This document shows positions 52,437-64,000 of a DNA stretch of 64,000 nucleotides, in pieces. The notes below the pieces were generated by a model, which was not told where the DNA came from, made no database searches, and saw only the letters and a program-made list of their open reading frames with translations. Numbering within the stretch: position 1 is the first letter of the stretch; each line of letters opens with the position of its first letter. The stretch is from contig JASGCS010000001.1 of the NCBI GenBank assembly GCA_030054035.1, positions 342,280 to 406,279 of the forward strand, given 5' to 3'. The translations under genes and the position numbers were made by a program. Origin of the DNA: Candidatus Methylacidiphilales bacterium. GTDB taxonomy: Bacteria; Pseudomonadota; Gammaproteobacteria; JASGCS01.

Positions 52437-52462
52437 AAAAGTATTATTATTTCTATAGTCTA

Positions 52463-52804
52463 TTAATTGTTACTAGGTTTATCAGAAATATTTGGAACTG
52501 TGGCCGGTTGCTGAGGGTTGGGCTTATCAGTATTGGAATTTATAATTTTTTCAAAATTAGACTGCTCTTTAGTTTTATTGGTTGACAAATAAGATAATGT
52601 AATACTAGTGATAAAAAAAAGAAATACAATCCCATAGGTGAGTTTCTGTAAAAAACTAGTAGCCCCCCTAGGCCCAAAAATAGTACCCGAAGTGCCGGAT
52701 CCAAATGCAGCACCAATAGAAGAGCCTTTTCCTCTTTGAATTACTACTAAACCTATTAGAATTAGTGCAAGTAGCACATGAACAACCATAATTAATGACA
52801 ACAT
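52463..52804 (-). CDS. secG: Preprotein translocase subunit SecG
   Basis: 113 aa; two TM helices and Gly-rich loop (GSSIGAAFGSGTSGTIFG). Confidence 0.85.
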   Translation of the reverse strand: MLSLIMVVHVLLALILIGLVVIQRGKGSSIGAAFGSGTSGTIFGPRGATSFLQKLTYGIVFLFFITSITLSYLSTNKTKEQSNFEKIINSNTDKPNPQQPATVPNISDKPSNN

Positions 52805-53547
52805 TAGAAACTCCTTTTATCTCTCGATGTATACGACACTATCAATTTATTAAATGATTCAATTTTCAATGATGCACCTCCAACGAGCACCCCTTGAATC
52901 TCTCTTATAGAAAGTGTTGTTGAAATGGTGTCTTCATTTACTGAACCACCGTATAGTATTTTATCATGTATTATATTTTTGTTTCTAAATAAAACCATGC
53001 AGCTTTTAATCATATCAGTTATTGAGATTATATATTCGGAGGTTGGAATTAAACCAGTCCCAATTGACCATATCGGTTCATAGGCAACAATGATTGGAGC
53101 ACAAATAGGGTCTAATGTTGATAATAGAGAGGTAAGTTGAGATCGCACTACTGAATTTCCTTTTTCCAATTTGTAATCCGCAATCGACTCACCAACACAA
53201 ATAATAGGTGTAATTGAAAAAGATAAAAGAAGCTTTATTTTACTTGCAAAGTGTTCCACTGTCTCTTTGAATAACTCTCTTCTTTCTGAATGACCTACAA
53301 TACAATATGATACATTGGCTTTTTTAAGCATTTCTGCGCCAATTTCTCCTGTATATGAACCATTAGGAAAGGGACTAACATTCTGAGCACCAAGAAAATA
53401 ACCATGGGGTAATTTTAATTCTGATAACAAATGGTACGGTGGACAAACAACGATTGCATGATCTGTTTTTTTAATTTTTAGATATTCTGCACAAAGCGAA
53501 CTATCTCCATTTTGTTTCCAGTTAGCAACAATTAGATAAGATTTCAT
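52804..53547 (-). CDS. tpiA: Triosephosphate isomerase
   Basis: 247 aa; ANWKQNG N-terminus, catalytic VGHSERR, AYEPIWSIGTG. Confidence 0.9.
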   Translation of the reverse strand: MKSYLIVANWKQNGDSSLCAEYLKIKKTDHAIVVCPPYHLLSELKLPHGYFLGAQNVSPFPNGSYTGEIGAEMLKKANVSYCIVGHSERRELFKETVEHFASKIKLLLSFSITPIICVGESIADYKLEKGNSVVRSQLTSLLSTLDPICAPIIVAYEPIWSIGTGLIPTSEYIISITDMIKSCMVLFRNKNIIHDKILYGGSVNEDTISTTLSIREIQGVLVGGASLKIESFNKLIVSYTSRDKRSF

Positions 53548-54884
53548 AATTTAATTTTTTCAAGTATATCATTTACAATTTTTTCATTTAAACTGTTTGA
53601 TTCTGATTCCACAAAGACGCGAAGTAAGTTTTCAGTACCCGATTTTCTAACAATTACTCTTTGATAATTTTTAGTATCAGAATTTAATTGCTGAATAAAT
53701 TGTTTAAACTGGCTACTATTTAAAATATTTTCAACTTGATCAATTGAATTAATTGTTATATTAGTGGACAAATTCGGAAGAGAGTTATAGTCCTCTAATA
53801 ACTCTGAGATGGTCTTATTAGAAAATTTAATTGCCTCGAGAACTTTTAATGCTGATAATAACCCATCGCCAGTGTTAGCAAACTCTCTAAAAATAATATG
53901 TCCAGAAGGCTCGCCACCAAGTTGCCAATTATTGGACTTTAATAATTCGTATACATGTTTATCACCAACTGAACTTCTTGTAAACTCAATGCCATATTTT
54001 GATAATGCAATTGGTAATGCTCCATTTGATAATTCTGTTCCTACAATTCCATCTATTGGTAAATTTCTAATTTTCATACTTTTTGCAATTAAATAAAGTA
54101 TTTTATCTCCATTATAAATTTCATTATTAGCTACAACAACCAGTCTGTCACCATCACCGTCCAAACAAATACCTAAATCAGCTTTTGTCTTGAGTACCAT
54201 TTCCTTTATTTGATTTGGATGTGTAGAGCCGCAATTACTATTTATGTTTAACCCATCAGGACCACAGTTAATCGATATTACTTCTGCGCCTAATTGTCTA
54301 AGCAAACTAGGACCGACAAAATAACCAGCTCCATTTGCACCATCGAATACAATTTTCATTTTTTCAAGGTCTAAATCATGTTTAACGCATGATATAAGAT
54401 ATCGAATGTAGTGATTTGCTGCGTCAGTAAGCCTTTGGGCTTTTCCCAATTTATGAGATTGTACACAATACATTGGCTCAGTTTCAAGAGTTTCTAATAT
54501 GCTTTCAATTTCTAACTCATTTACCTGAGTTAATTTTTCACCTGATGAATTAAATATCTTTAACCCATTGTACTCATAGGTATTATGAGATGCACTAATC
54601 ACAAAAGCACCTGCGGCATCATGTCTTGTAACTAAACTCGCAATTGCGGGAGTAGGTAATGGTCCGGTTAAAATGATCCCAACTCCAGCAGCGCTTAAAC
54701 CAGCTTCTAATGCAGATTCTATCATATAGCCAGATATGCGAGTGTCTTTACCTACAATTATTGGTCCACGTTTTTGCTCATAAAGTACTTTACCAACTGC
54801 ATATCCTAAATTAAGGATAAAACGGGGGTTTAGCAATGCTTCACCGATTATCCCCCTGATACCATCTGTTCCAAATACTTTCAT
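53544..54884 (-). CDS. glmM: Phosphoglucosamine mutase
   Basis: 446 aa; FGTDGIRG start, active-site Ser region SASHNTY. Confidence 0.9.
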   Translation of the reverse strand: MKVFGTDGIRGIIGEALLNPRFILNLGYAVGKVLYEQKRGPIIVGKDTRISGYMIESALEAGLSAAGVGIILTGPLPTPAIASLVTRHDAAGAFVISASHNTYEYNGLKIFNSSGEKLTQVNELEIESILETLETEPMYCVQSHKLGKAQRLTDAANHYIRYLISCVKHDLDLEKMKIVFDGANGAGYFVGPSLLRQLGAEVISINCGPDGLNINSNCGSTHPNQIKEMVLKTKADLGICLDGDGDRLVVVANNEIYNGDKILYLIAKSMKIRNLPIDGIVGTELSNGALPIALSKYGIEFTRSSVGDKHVYELLKSNNWQLGGEPSGHIIFREFANTGDGLLSALKVLEAIKFSNKTISELLEDYNSLPNLSTNITINSIDQVENILNSSQFKQFIQQLNSDTKNYQRVIVRKSGTENLLRVFVESESNSLNEKIVNDILEKIKL

Positions 54885-54892
54885 TTTTCTTA

Positions 54893-55762
54893 TTATAACT
54901 GTTGATTACTTTTATTAAACCACATTTTATATTCTTCTATAGCAGTTATCCAACGTTTAGTTACACCAACATCATGGGTTCTAAAAATTCCAGCTCCCTG
55001 AGCTAAGGAGACTTGAGTAAGTAACAAAGTAGAAGGTAATCTGTGGGCAATTGGATCGTTATTAGATAATTGAAGTAAAGTTTTATTTAGCGATTTCCTC
55101 GATAGCCCAATACAGATCGGTAGATCAAAGCTCATCAGCTCATTAATATTAGTTATAATTTGCATATTATGATCAAATGTTTTACCAAAACCAATTCCTG
55201 GATCAATAATGATTTGATTTCTTGAAACGCCTGCCTCTTCTAGCTTCTGAATTGTATGGGTGAAATAACTCTTAATCACATTTATTACATGACCAGAATA
55301 TTGAGGATTATATTGCATAGATATTGGCGTGCCTTGCATATGAGAAACTATTAAATGAAGTTTTGTTTGTTTTGCAAAATTGATAGACTCTAAATTTGCA
55401 AATCCACTAACATCGTTAATAATATCAGCACCAAGTTCTTGTGCTATTTTCATTATTTCTGGTTTCTGAGTATCAATTGAAATTATTGCTTGCGTTTTTT
55501 TTCTTAAAATATTGAGCACAGGCTCAATTCTCGCCCGTTCTTCTTCAGTGCTTATTGATTTTGCACCAGGTCGAGTTGATTCTCCACCTATATCAATAAT
55601 TGAAGCCCCCTCTTCAATTAATTCAAGCGCATAACTGACTGCCATATCAACTGTCTTAACCACCCCATTTTCAGAAAAAGAATCAGGGGTACAATTTACC
55701 ACACCCATAATGGTAGGTAATGTGAGTTGGGTGCCTTTTAAAAATTTAAGTAATGTTACCAA
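54893..55762 (-). CDS. folP: Dihydropteroate synthase
   Basis: 289 aa; pterin-binding motifs (IMGVVNCTPDSFS, IIDIGGESTRPG); ftsH-folP-glmM synteny. Confidence 0.9.
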   Translation of the reverse strand: MVTLLKFLKGTQLTLPTIMGVVNCTPDSFSENGVVKTVDMAVSYALELIEEGASIIDIGGESTRPGAKSISTEEERARIEPVLNILRKKTQAIISIDTQKPEIMKIAQELGADIINDVSGFANLESINFAKQTKLHLIVSHMQGTPISMQYNPQYSGHVINVIKSYFTHTIQKLEEAGVSRNQIIIDPGIGFGKTFDHNMQIITNINELMSFDLPICIGLSRKSLNKTLLQLSNNDPIAHRLPSTLLLTQVSLAQGAGIFRTHDVGVTKRWITAIEEYKMWFNKSNQQL

Positions 55763-55773
55763 TAGAGAATTAT

Positions 55774-57669
55774 CTATGGTGATTGAGTAATTGTATCTTG
55801 TATTGTATTACTTTGAGAACCGCTAGATTTTTGATTAGTATTATCATCATCCCAAGATTGAGGTGGAGTAGGTTTTTTACCTTCCATAATTTCATGTATT
55901 TGAGATTGATCAATAGTTTCATATTGAATAAGCGCTTGTGCCATTTCATTTAGGATATCAATGTGTTTTTCTACTATCCCCTTTGCTCGTTTATAATTAG
56001 TATCAATTATTAATTTGATTTCATTGTCAATCTGATTAGCAGTTGCGTCTGAATTTAATTTTGGCTGAGATTTAGAATACCCAAGATACATTTCACCTTG
56101 TTCTTCAGAAAAAGCAAGTGGGCCTAAGCTTGATAAGCCCCACTTAGTTACCATATTTCGAGCAATTTCAGTAGCTCGCTCTATATCATTCTGTGCGCCA
56201 GTAGTAACACACTCTTTACCAAATATCAACTCCTCTGCTATTCTCCCTCCAAATAAACTTGAAATTTGACTTTCCAACCTTCTTTTAGAAACACTTAGTC
56301 TATCATCCTCAGGTAAAAACATGGTAATCCCTAACGCACGACCTCGCGGAATAATTGAAACTTTATATACTGGATCATGATCTGGAACTTGTAATCCTAC
56401 TATTGCATGACCTGCTTCATGATAAGCGATAAGTTTTTTTTGTTCATCTGTCATAACCATAGATTTTCTTTCTACGCCCATCATGATTTTATCTTTAGCT
56501 TTTTCTAAATCTTTCATTTCTACATGTGGTTTATTTTCTCTTGCCGCAATAAGCGCAGCTTCATTAACAAGATTCGCAAGATCAGCACCTGAAAACCCAG
56601 GAGTGCCTCTTGCGATTATTTTTGTAGAGACTGTGTTAGATTTTTTAAGTTTTTTTACATGTACATTAAGAATCTGTTCCCTTCCTTTAATATCTGGAAG
56701 TGGGACAACCACTTGACGATCAAATCTTCCAGGTCGTAATAAAGCTGGATCAAGAACATCAGGCCTATTGGTAGCCGCTATCACGATAAGGCCAAAATGC
56801 TCTTCGAAACCATCCATTTCTACCAACAATTGATTTAGCGTTTGCTCTCTTTCATCATGCCCCCCTCCCAAGCCAGATCCTCTATGTCTACCAACTGCGT
56901 CGATTTCATCAATAAAAATAATGCAAGGGGAAACTTTTTTAGCTTGCTCAAACATATCCCGAACTCTAGAAGCGCCAATTCCAACAAACATTTCAACAAA
57001 GTCAGATCCAGAAATAGAAAAAAATGGGACCTTTGCTTCACCAGAAATGGCTTTTGCTAAAAGGGTTTTTCCAGTGCCAGGATGCCCGACAAGTAAAACA
57101 CCTTTTGGGATTTTACCACCCAACGTTTGAAATTTTTTGGGGTTCTTTAAAAAATCAACTATTTCACTTAACTCGGCTTTTGCCTCATCAATACCTGCAA
57201 CATCATTAAAAGTTATTGATATTTTTTCATGGTTAAGCATTTTAGCTCGACTTTTTCCAAAAGAAAACATTCCACCTTTTCCACCACCCCCACCACTCAT
57301 TTGTCTCATAAAATAAATCCAAATAGCGATCCACAAGATAACTGGAATTGAATTAAGTAACAACTGCATTAAAATCGATGGTTTTTCAGGAGGCACTCCA
57401 ATTACATCAACCTTATTATCAAGCAATTCTCCAATCATAGAACGATTGTCAGATTCTGGAGAATATGTTTTAAATTGATTACCATTTATGAATTTACCCT
57501 GAATATCTCTATTACTAATTTGCACTTGAGCAATATTTCCTGATTTCACTTCGCTAATAAACTGAGAATAAGTTAATTCTGATAATTGATCTTTCTGAAC
57601 TGGCAAATAATTCCTAAAAGTAAATGTAAGAATTGCAATGATAACACCCCAAAATATTATATTTTTCAT
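55774..57669 (-). CDS. ftsH: ATP-dependent zinc metalloprotease FtsH
   Basis: 631 aa; Walker [17 protein letters not shown] region, zinc-binding HEAGHA. Confidence 0.95.
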   Translation of the reverse strand: MKNIIFWGVIIAILTFTFRNYLPVQKDQLSELTYSQFISEVKSGNIAQVQISNRDIQGKFINGNQFKTYSPESDNRSMIGELLDNKVDVIGVPPEKPSILMQLLLNSIPVILWIAIWIYFMRQMSGGGGGKGGMFSFGKSRAKMLNHEKISITFNDVAGIDEAKAELSEIVDFLKNPKKFQTLGGKIPKGVLLVGHPGTGKTLLAKAISGEAKVPFFSISGSDFVEMFVGIGASRVRDMFEQAKKVSPCIIFIDEIDAVGRHRGSGLGGGHDEREQTLNQLLVEMDGFEEHFGLIVIAATNRPDVLDPALLRPGRFDRQVVVPLPDIKGREQILNVHVKKLKKSNTVSTKIIARGTPGFSGADLANLVNEAALIAARENKPHVEMKDLEKAKDKIMMGVERKSMVMTDEQKKLIAYHEAGHAIVGLQVPDHDPVYKVSIIPRGRALGITMFLPEDDRLSVSKRRLESQISSLFGGRIAEELIFGKECVTTGAQNDIERATEIARNMVTKWGLSSLGPLAFSEEQGEMYLGYSKSQPKLNSDATANQIDNEIKLIIDTNYKRAKGIVEKHIDILNEMAQALIQYETIDQSQIHEIMEGKKPTPPQSWDDDNTNQKSSGSQSNTIQDTITQSP

Positions 57670-57678
57670 ATCCTCATT

Positions 57679-58311
57679 TTACTCCTTTTTTAAAAATCCA
57701 ACACACACATAATATCGTTCTTTACTTTCTTTGCGACTCGAATCAGGCTTACAAGGTTTTACTTGTTTAAACAAAGACTTTAATAAAGTAAAATTCTGAG
57801 TTGAGTTTTCAGAATCAAATATCTTAATAATCAAATAACCATTTTTTATTAAGCAACAAGAAGTTATAAAGAGCACCTCTTTGATTAATGTGTCAAATCT
57901 TAAATTATCATATTCTTGAATTCCACTAATATTTGGTGACGCGTCGCAAAGTACCACATCAAATAATTTATTGCTCCGAACATTGTTAATTTCCGCCAAA
58001 CACTCATCTGAACCAAAGTTTCCATTTATAACAACATGGTTGCTGTTTAATTTTTTCATTGGTAATAAGTCTACACTTACGAGGGTTCCCGTTACAATTT
58101 TTTTCAAGACAAAACAACTCCATCCGCCAGGTGCTGCACCTAAATCCAAGACATGGGAATTGGGTTTTATAAACATATGGGTATTATTTAAATCTTCTAA
58201 CTTAAAATACGCTCTTGAGACCAGCCCTTGTTGTTGAGCCTTCTTAACGTAGTGATCGCTTTGTTGTCTTTGTTTCCATCGACTTGAACTTGATTTTGAA
58301 GAAACTGCCAT
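57679..58311 (-). CDS. rlmE: 23S rRNA (uridine-2'-O)-methyltransferase RlmE (FtsJ)
   Basis: 210 aa; SAM-binding VLDLGAAPGGWS; upstream of ftsH. Confidence 0.9.
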   Translation of the reverse strand: MAVSSKSSSSRWKQRQQSDHYVKKAQQQGLVSRAYFKLEDLNNTHMFIKPNSHVLDLGAAPGGWSCFVLKKIVTGTLVSVDLLPMKKLNSNHVVINGNFGSDECLAEINNVRSNKLFDVVLCDASPNISGIQEYDNLRFDTLIKEVLFITSCCLIKNGYLIIKIFDSENSTQNFTLLKSLFKQVKPCKPDSSRKESKERYYVCVGFLKKE

Positions 58312-58322
58312 AGTTATACAAA

Positions 58323-58790
58323 TTATGGAACTCTTTCAATAGCCACAATTTCCAAAATTGAGTCTATAAAAGTGATCTCATCTCCAATTTTCCTACCTAT
58401 TAACAATCTTGCAAAAGGTGAAACGATAGAAATAAAATTTTTTGATATGTCAGCTTCGACATCTCCCACTATCTTATAGCTCTTACTCTCGTTATTTTTT
58501 TTATTTTTTAGTGTAACAGTTGTTCCAAATACAATCTTGCCGTTATCTGGAATTAAACTAATATCAATTATTTGCGCACTCGATAAAATTGATTCTAGTT
58601 CATTAATTCTCCCCTCTATAAAGGATTGTTTTTCTCTAGCCGCGTGATATTCAGCATTTTCTTTAAGATCTCCCATCGCACGAGCTTCCGCTATTGCCAT
58701 ACTGATTTTCGGACGGTCGGTTGTGATTAATTTAGCAAGTTCTTCCCTGAGAATTGCACAACCTATTTTCGTTATTGGTTTGCGTTCCAT
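58323..58790 (-). CDS. greA: Transcription elongation factor GreA
   Basis: 155 aa; N-terminal coiled-coil with acidic tip region ([16 protein letters not shown]), C-terminal FKBP-like domain. Confidence 0.9.
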   Translation of the reverse strand: MERKPITKIGCAILREELAKLITTDRPKISMAIAEARAMGDLKENAEYHAAREKQSFIEGRINELESILSSAQIIDISLIPDNGKIVFGTTVTLKNKKNNESKSYKIVGDVEADISKNFISIVSPFARLLIGRKIGDEITFIDSILEIVAIERVP

Positions 58791-58815
58791 GTATTAATTA
58801 TATTCTATATTATAG

Positions 58816-61800
58816 TTATAGTTTTCTTGGTTTACAAGTGTCACTGACTGATAAGGCTCGGCATGTAGCATACGATCCAGGAATAGTAGTCGTGATAGGA
58901 ATATGTAGCAATAATGCTCTCCTTCTTATGGTGAAAGAATCAGCAATAGATTGTCTGCCTTCCGTAGTATTAATAATCAGGTCAATTACTCCAGAATCAA
59001 GCAATTCCAAAATATGCGGTGAGCCTTGACTCACCTTGTTAATTTCTATACAAGGAATTCCAGCTTCATTAATTATTTGAAAAGTGCCTTTAGTTGCATA
59101 AATTATATAATTATTGGCATGTAACAATTTAGCTAATGGCACACAGTGAGATTTAGTGCTATTACTAAGACTGATAAACGCATTCCCTGATTTTTTTAAT
59201 TTTACACCTGCAGCAAGTTGGGCAAGTGCAAACGCCTCTTCAAAGGTTTCTCCACGACCCATCACTTCTCCCGTTGATTTCATTTCAGGACCTAATAAAA
59301 TATCGGAGGAGTTAAATTTAATAAATGGAAATATAGATTCTTTAACGCAGTACAATTTCTGCTGGGAAACCCCGTCAATAATTGATGTAAGGTCCTTTAG
59401 CTTTTTTCCTCCCATAATAAAAGATGCGTATTTAGCCAGTGGGTGTCCCGTACTCTTTGAGACAAAAGGTATAGATCGAGAAGCTCTGGGGTTTACCTCT
59501 AATAAATAGATTTGAGAATCTTTTAAAGCAAACTGAATATTTACAAGTCCAATCGCTTTAATTGAACGAGCTATCAAAGTAGCTTGATTGCGTAACTCTT
59601 GTTGTGTTTCAATAGGTAAAGAAAATGGAGGTATGGAACAAGCAGAATCTCCAGAATGCACACCAGCACTTTCAATATGCTGCATTATTGCAGGAATAAA
59701 AACCTCTTCCCCATCAGTAACTAAATCAATATCTATTTCGATAGCGTCTGAAAGAAATCTATCTAAAAGTAAAGGTTTGTCTGAAGCTATTCTAAAAGCA
59801 TTTCTAGCAAAAATTTCCAAGTCTTCGATACTATAAGCAATTTCCATTGCTCTACCACCTAAGACATATGATGGTCTTACCAACAAAGGAAAGCCAACAA
59901 TCTCTGATCCTTTTAGCGCTTCTTCTATTGTGACAGCAGTAGTATTTACAGGTTGAAGTAACCCTATCGAGTTTATTAATTTTTGAAACAACTTCCTGTC
60001 TTCGCACATATCAATTGTTTCACTGCCTGAACCTAGAATAGAGATTCCGTGATCAGCTAACTGTTGTACTAGTTTTAGAGGAGTCTGCCCGCCAAATTGG
60101 ACGACTATTCCTAATGGATTCTCTAAACAAACCAAAGAATAAATATGTTCAAAACTAATTGGCTCAAAATATAATGCATTTGATAAATCATAATCCGTTG
60201 AAACAGTCTCTGGATTACAATTTACCATAATTGTATAATAACCAAGTTGTTTAAAGGCCATTAATGCATGGACACAACAATAATCAAATTCAATTCCTTG
60301 TCCAATTCTATTTGGACCACATCCAAGTATTATTACTTTAGGTTGATTTATTTTAAACTGCAACTCGTTCTTTCCAAAATATGAAGAATAACAATAATTT
60401 GTTTCAGTATCAAATTCAGCCGCACAGGTATCAATTCGCTTATAAACGGGAATTATTTCAAATTTAACTCGTAGCTCTCTGATTATTGAAGGTGAAGTAT
60501 TCAACAGTGTCGCTATTCGCGTATCGGTTAATCCAGATTGCTTAGCCTTGGAAAGCAAATCTTGAGTAATTTCCGATAGAGCACAAGCTGATAGTTTAAT
60601 TTCTAAATCTATTACATCTTTAATATTTCTTAGAAACCAAGGGTCTATAGAAGTTAGTGAGTAAATGGTTTCAAGATCAATCCCTCTCCTGATCGACTCA
60701 GCTAAATACCATAATCTTTGCGATGATGGTCTGCTAATTTTTTCAAATAATACTTCATTTGAAACGATTTCATTTTGTTCGATAGGGCTTTGCAACCCAT
60801 CTCTATCTATTTCTAAACTTGTAATTGCTTTAAGTAATGATTCATTAAAAGTTGTGCCAATTGCCATCACTTCACCAACTGATTTCATTTGTGTACCCAA
60901 CTCATCAGCAGTGTTAGAAAATTTTTCAAAATTAAACCTTGGTATTTTTGTAACGACATAATCAATAGTTGGCTCAAAAGAAGCGGGTATCTCACCAATG
61001 GTAAGATTGTTTTTTATTTCAATTAAACTATATCCCACTGCCAATTTAGCGGCAATTCGTGCTATAGGATAGCCTGTTGCTTTTGAAGCTAGCGCAGATG
61101 ATCTCGAAACTCTGGGATTCATTTCAATTACGAACTGTTCGCCTGTTTTCGGTTGGACGGCAAACTGAACATTAGAACCACCTGACTCAATACCAATTTT
61201 TTTCATTATCTCTATCGTTGAGGTTCTCATTAGTTGATATTCTTTATCTGTTAAAGTTTGGATAGGAGCAACAGTAATTGAGTCTCCAGTATGAGTTCCC
61301 ATAGGATCAAAATTTTCTATTGAACATACTATAATGCAATTATTTTCTTTATCACGGATTGCTTCAAGTTCAAATTCCTTATAGCCAATCATTGATTGTT
61401 CAATGAGCACTTGTTTTGTTTGAGATAAAAATAAACCATGCTTTACAATTTCAAGTAATTGTTGCTGATTAAATGCTATACCACCTCCAGAACCTCCTAA
61501 TGTATATGATGGTCTAATGATTATTGGGTAACTAAATTCCTTAGAAAAATCTAATGCTTCCTTCACAGAATTGACGATTCTTGACTCAGGACAACGAAGT
61601 CCTAATTCACTCATCGCTTGCTTAAATAAATTTCTATCTTCAGCCATTTTTATGGACTGAGATTTAACCCCAATCATCTCAATCTGTAAATCATTAAGAA
61701 TTCCTTCCTCATCTAATTTCAACGCAAGATTAAGGGCAGTTTGACCACCCATGGTAGGGAGCAATGCGTCTGGTTTTTCAATTTCTAATATTTTTTTTAC

Positions 61801-62019
61801 GTGATTAAAATCTAGGGGTTCTAAATAAATACTATCAGTAGTAGTGAGATCTGTCATTATTGTGGCAGGATTAGAGTTAATTAAAGAAACCTTAAAACCA
61901 TCTTCCTTGAGTGCTCTGCAAGCTTGGACGCCTGAATAATCAAACTCTGCGGCTTGTCCTATAACAATTGGTCCAGAACCAATTATTAGAATGTGATTAA
62001 TATCATTTCGTCTTGGCAT
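58816..62019 (-). CDS. carB: Carbamoyl-phosphate synthase large subunit
   Basis: Duplicated ATP-grasp halves; [22 protein letters not shown]-terminus. Start set at Met 62019; the track start is 62028. Confidence 0.95.
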   Translation of the reverse strand: MPRRNDINHILIIGSGPIVIGQAAEFDYSGVQACRALKEDGFKVSLINSNPATIMTDLTTTDSIYLEPLDFNHVKKILEIEKPDALLPTMGGQTALNLALKLDEEGILNDLQIEMIGVKSQSIKMAEDRNLFKQAMSELGLRCPESRIVNSVKEALDFSKEFSYPIIIRPSYTLGGSGGGIAFNQQQLLEIVKHGLFLSQTKQVLIEQSMIGYKEFELEAIRDKENNCIIVCSIENFDPMGTHTGDSITVAPIQTLTDKEYQLMRTSTIEIMKKIGIESGGSNVQFAVQPKTGEQFVIEMNPRVSRSSALASKATGYPIARIAAKLAVGYSLIEIKNNLTIGEIPASFEPTIDYVVTKIPRFNFEKFSNTADELGTQMKSVGEVMAIGTTFNESLLKAITSLEIDRDGLQSPIEQNEIVSNEVLFEKISRPSSQRLWYLAESIRRGIDLETIYSLTSIDPWFLRNIKDVIDLEIKLSACALSEITQDLLSKAKQSGLTDTRIATLLNTSPSIIRELRVKFEIIPVYKRIDTCAAEFDTETNYCYSSYFGKNELQFKINQPKVIILGCGPNRIGQGIEFDYCCVHALMAFKQLGYYTIMVNCNPETVSTDYDLSNALYFEPISFEHIYSLVCLENPLGIVVQFGGQTPLKLVQQLADHGISILGSGSETIDMCEDRKLFQKLINSIGLLQPVNTTAVTIEEALKGSEIVGFPLLVRPSYVLGGRAMEIAYSIEDLEIFARNAFRIASDKPLLLDRFLSDAIEIDIDLVTDGEEVFIPAIMQHIESAGVHSGDSACSIPPFSLPIETQQELRNQATLIARSIKAIGLVNIQFALKDSQIYLLEVNPRASRSIPFVSKSTGHPLAKYASFIMGGKKLKDLTSIIDGVSQQKLYCVKESIFPFIKFNSSDILLGPEMKSTGEVMGRGETFEEAFALAQLAAGVKLKKSGNAFISLSNSTKSHCVPLAKLLHANNYIIYATKGTFQIINEAGIPCIEINKVSQGSPHILELLDSGVIDLIINTTEGRQSIADSFTIRRRALLLHIPITTTIPGSYATCRALSVSDTCKPRKL

Positions 62020-63097
62020 TTTTGTCAATTAAACTCTTAAATTCATTAAAAATATATTTAAAATCATGGGGGCCTGGATTGGCTTCAGGGTGACCTTGGA
62101 TAGCTATTAAAGGGGCTGTAGCTGAAACAAATCCTTGCAATGAGCCATCAAACAAAGATCTGTGAGTTGCAATTAGCGATGATGTGAGGGTTGTCTCCAG
62201 AATCTCAAAACTATGATTTTGACTCGAAATTACACTTTGGTGAGTTCTTAAATCTAAAATTGGATGGTTAATACCGTGATGTCCATATTTCATTTTTTTT
62301 GATTTAGCTCCTAATGCAAGTGCAATAATCTGAAAACCCAAACAAATTCCAAGCAAGGGTAATTTATGCGAGACACAATAATGCACTATAGGATGAACAT
62401 AGTTACATGGTTCTGGGTCCCCGGGTCCGTTTGATAAAACTACCCCAACTGGATCATTGCTAAGCAATTCATCTAATGTTGTTTTTGCAGGAAAACAAAC
62501 TACTTTGAATCCGAGAGTTGCTAAAAAATGTAATATTGATTTTTTGACCCCCAAATCTATAACAGCAATAATTTTTTTATTCGTAGACTCAGGGTTAAAA
62601 TAATATTTTTCCTTAGTTGTTACTTGAGAAGCTAAATCTAAACCTGATAATCCTTTATAATTCCTTAACGCATCATACGCGTCGTCTAAATCAGAATTAG
62701 TACGACAGTCCAAGCAAGCTCTTAAAGAACCATGAGTTTTAATTAATTTAACTAAAAATCTGGTATCTACGCCTTCTACAGCTGGAATGGAATTCTTGAT
62801 AAGAAAAGAGGATAGGCTCGTTAAACATCTCCAACTACTAGGTTGATATGTGTACTTGTGTACCAACAAGCCGCTATTATGAATTATATTTGATTCATTA
62901 TCTTCTAAATTAATACCTGTATTACCAATATGGGGATAAGAAAATACAATGAACTGGCCCTTATATGATGGGTCAGTGCAAACCTCTTGATACCCGCTCA
63001 TAGCTGTATTAAACACTAATTCACCTAGAGCCATCACGGGAGCACCAAAGCTGATGCACTCTATGATAATATTCTGATCAATGATTAATTTTGCCAT
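62003..63097 (-). CDS. carA: Carbamoyl-phosphate synthase small subunit (glutamine amidotransferase)
   Basis: GATase class I catalytic triad context (GICLGFQ, HPE); N-terminus aligns from Met 63097 (MAKLIIDQ…[13 protein letters not shown]); track start is 63118. Confidence 0.9.
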   Translation of the reverse strand: MAKLIIDQNIIIECISFGAPVMALGELVFNTAMSGYQEVCTDPSYKGQFIVFSYPHIGNTGINLEDNESNIIHNSGLLVHKYTYQPSSWRCLTSLSSFLIKNSIPAVEGVDTRFLVKLIKTHGSLRACLDCRTNSDLDDAYDALRNYKGLSGLDLASQVTTKEKYYFNPESTNKKIIAVIDLGVKKSILHFLATLGFKVVCFPAKTTLDELLSNDPVGVVLSNGPGDPEPCNYVHPIVHYCVSHKLPLLGICLGFQIIALALGAKSKKMKYGHHGINHPILDLRTHQSVISSQNHSFEILETTLTSSLIATHRSLFDGSLQGFVSATAPLIAIQGHPEANPGPHDFKYIFNEFKSLIDKNAKTK

Positions 63098-63899
63098 TGT
63101 ATTGTGGGTAAAACTCATCTATCCAGTTTAATATTTGTTTGCAATTTTCGAATCTATCATCTGGATTTTTAGCTATACATAATTGCAGAAAATTATCAAA
63201 CGGTGATTGGACATCTATAAATTTGTCATCACTATTAATGAGCTTAGTTTTTAATACTTCTTCTATTGTAAGATCGTTAAATAATTTTTTACCGGTAAAT
63301 ATTTCATAAAAGACGCAACCCAAACTATATATATCAGTACGCTCGTCATAACATTGCAATAAAGCTATCTGTTCAGGGGCAAGATAACTAGGAGTTCCAA
63401 TAACAGTACCTGGTTTGGAACGTAGTTTTATATTATCTCTTTCAATTGAAATTCCAAAGTCAAACAAACAAAGTGATCCATCTTCACGCAAGCCAATATT
63501 TGTTGGATTTAAATCTAAGTGTAAAATACCCCTTTCATGAATGTAATTTAATGCCGTGACAAGTTGGATCAAATAAATAATTGGATCATACTTAACCTGA
63601 TTAAAATGTAAGAAATTTTTCAGATCCCCTTTTGCTAGATACTCTGTAACCAAAAATATAACGCTTTTAGTCACTCCATAATCATACAGCTTTACTATAT
63701 TGCTGTGTTCTAGTAAAATCAACATTTGGACTTCATGAAACAAACGACCCTGATCATTTCTAGTATTAGGTAATTCATCTCTCTCAACACATTTAATTGC
63801 AATTTGAAGTGAGTCTGAATTTCTAGTGCCTAGAAAAATATTTCCATGTGAACGATTGGGCAGTAGTCCAGATGTGGTGTAACCAGGTATCTTTAACAT
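63078..63899 (-). CDS. Eukaryotic-like (Hanks-type) Ser/Thr protein kinase, kinase domain only, atypical catalytic loop
   Basis: 273 aa; subdomains in order: IAIKC (II Lys), HEVQ (alphaC Glu), HLDLNPTN (catalytic loop), DFG, GTPSYLAPE, DIYSLGCVFYEI; no TM, PASTA or FHA modules. Confidence 0.7.
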   Translation of the reverse strand: MLKIPGYTTSGLLPNRSHGNIFLGTRNSDSLQIAIKCVERDELPNTRNDQGRLFHEVQMLILLEHSNIVKLYDYGVTKSVIFLVTEYLAKGDLKNFLHFNQVKYDPIIYLIQLVTALNYIHERGILHLDLNPTNIGLREDGSLCLFDFGISIERDNIKLRSKPGTVIGTPSYLAPEQIALLQCYDERTDIYSLGCVFYEIFTGKKLFNDLTIEEVLKTKLINSDDKFIDVQSPFDNFLQLCIAKNPDDRFENCKQILNWIDEFYPQYNGKINH

Positions 63900-64000
63900 T
63901 TATTTAACGATATTTTACCATTGTTGCGTTACACATAATGAATACCATTCTTTTTTACTTCCGCCAAAATGTTTTGTAAGTAGCGTCGCAGCTTTTGAAG

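Noticed and set aside
59156-59836. Two plus-strand ORFs (117 and 82 aa) antisense to carB
   Set aside because: carB is unambiguous over this region; the antisense ORFs are typical shadow ORFs.

Overview
Visibly AT-rich, very compact gammaproteobacterial chromosome segment that is almost entirely housekeeping; I found no convincing novel multi-gene system (no CRISPR, defence island, prophage, IS element or toxin-antitoxin pair). All calls rest on reading the supplied translations for family motifs and on conserved gene order; no database search was run. About 64 protein genes in classical syntenic blocks: dnaE(partial)-rnhB-lpxA-fabZ-lpxD-bamA-dxr-cdsA-uppS-frr-pyrH-tsf-rpsB / map-dapE / yejABEF-like peptide ABC importer / fabI / ppiD / lon-clpX-clpP-tig / folD / cysS / lpxH / recO-era-rnc-DUF4845-lepB-lepA-degP / orn-HIT-recR-dnaX-maeB-dsbC-xerD-lptG-lptF / pepA-holC-valS / secG-tpiA-glmM-folP-ftsH-rlmE-greA-carB-carA. 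Eight tRNAs lie in three clusters. The gene order (mucD/degP-lepA-lepB-DUF4845-rnc-era-recO) is Pseudomonas/Legionellales-like rather than enterobacterial. The points worth a second look are signs of reductive evolution and a few atypical proteins: a minimal eukaryotic-like Ser/Thr kinase with a non-canonical catalytic loop upstream of carA, a frameshifted orphan leuD next to a tRNA pair, cysS and lpxH with overlapping head-to-head start codons, a trigger factor lacking its PPIase domain, a gamma-length DnaX with no ybaB, and missing skp, lpxB and hupB from otherwise conserved operons. Together these suggest a host-associated or intracellular lineage, which is inference only.
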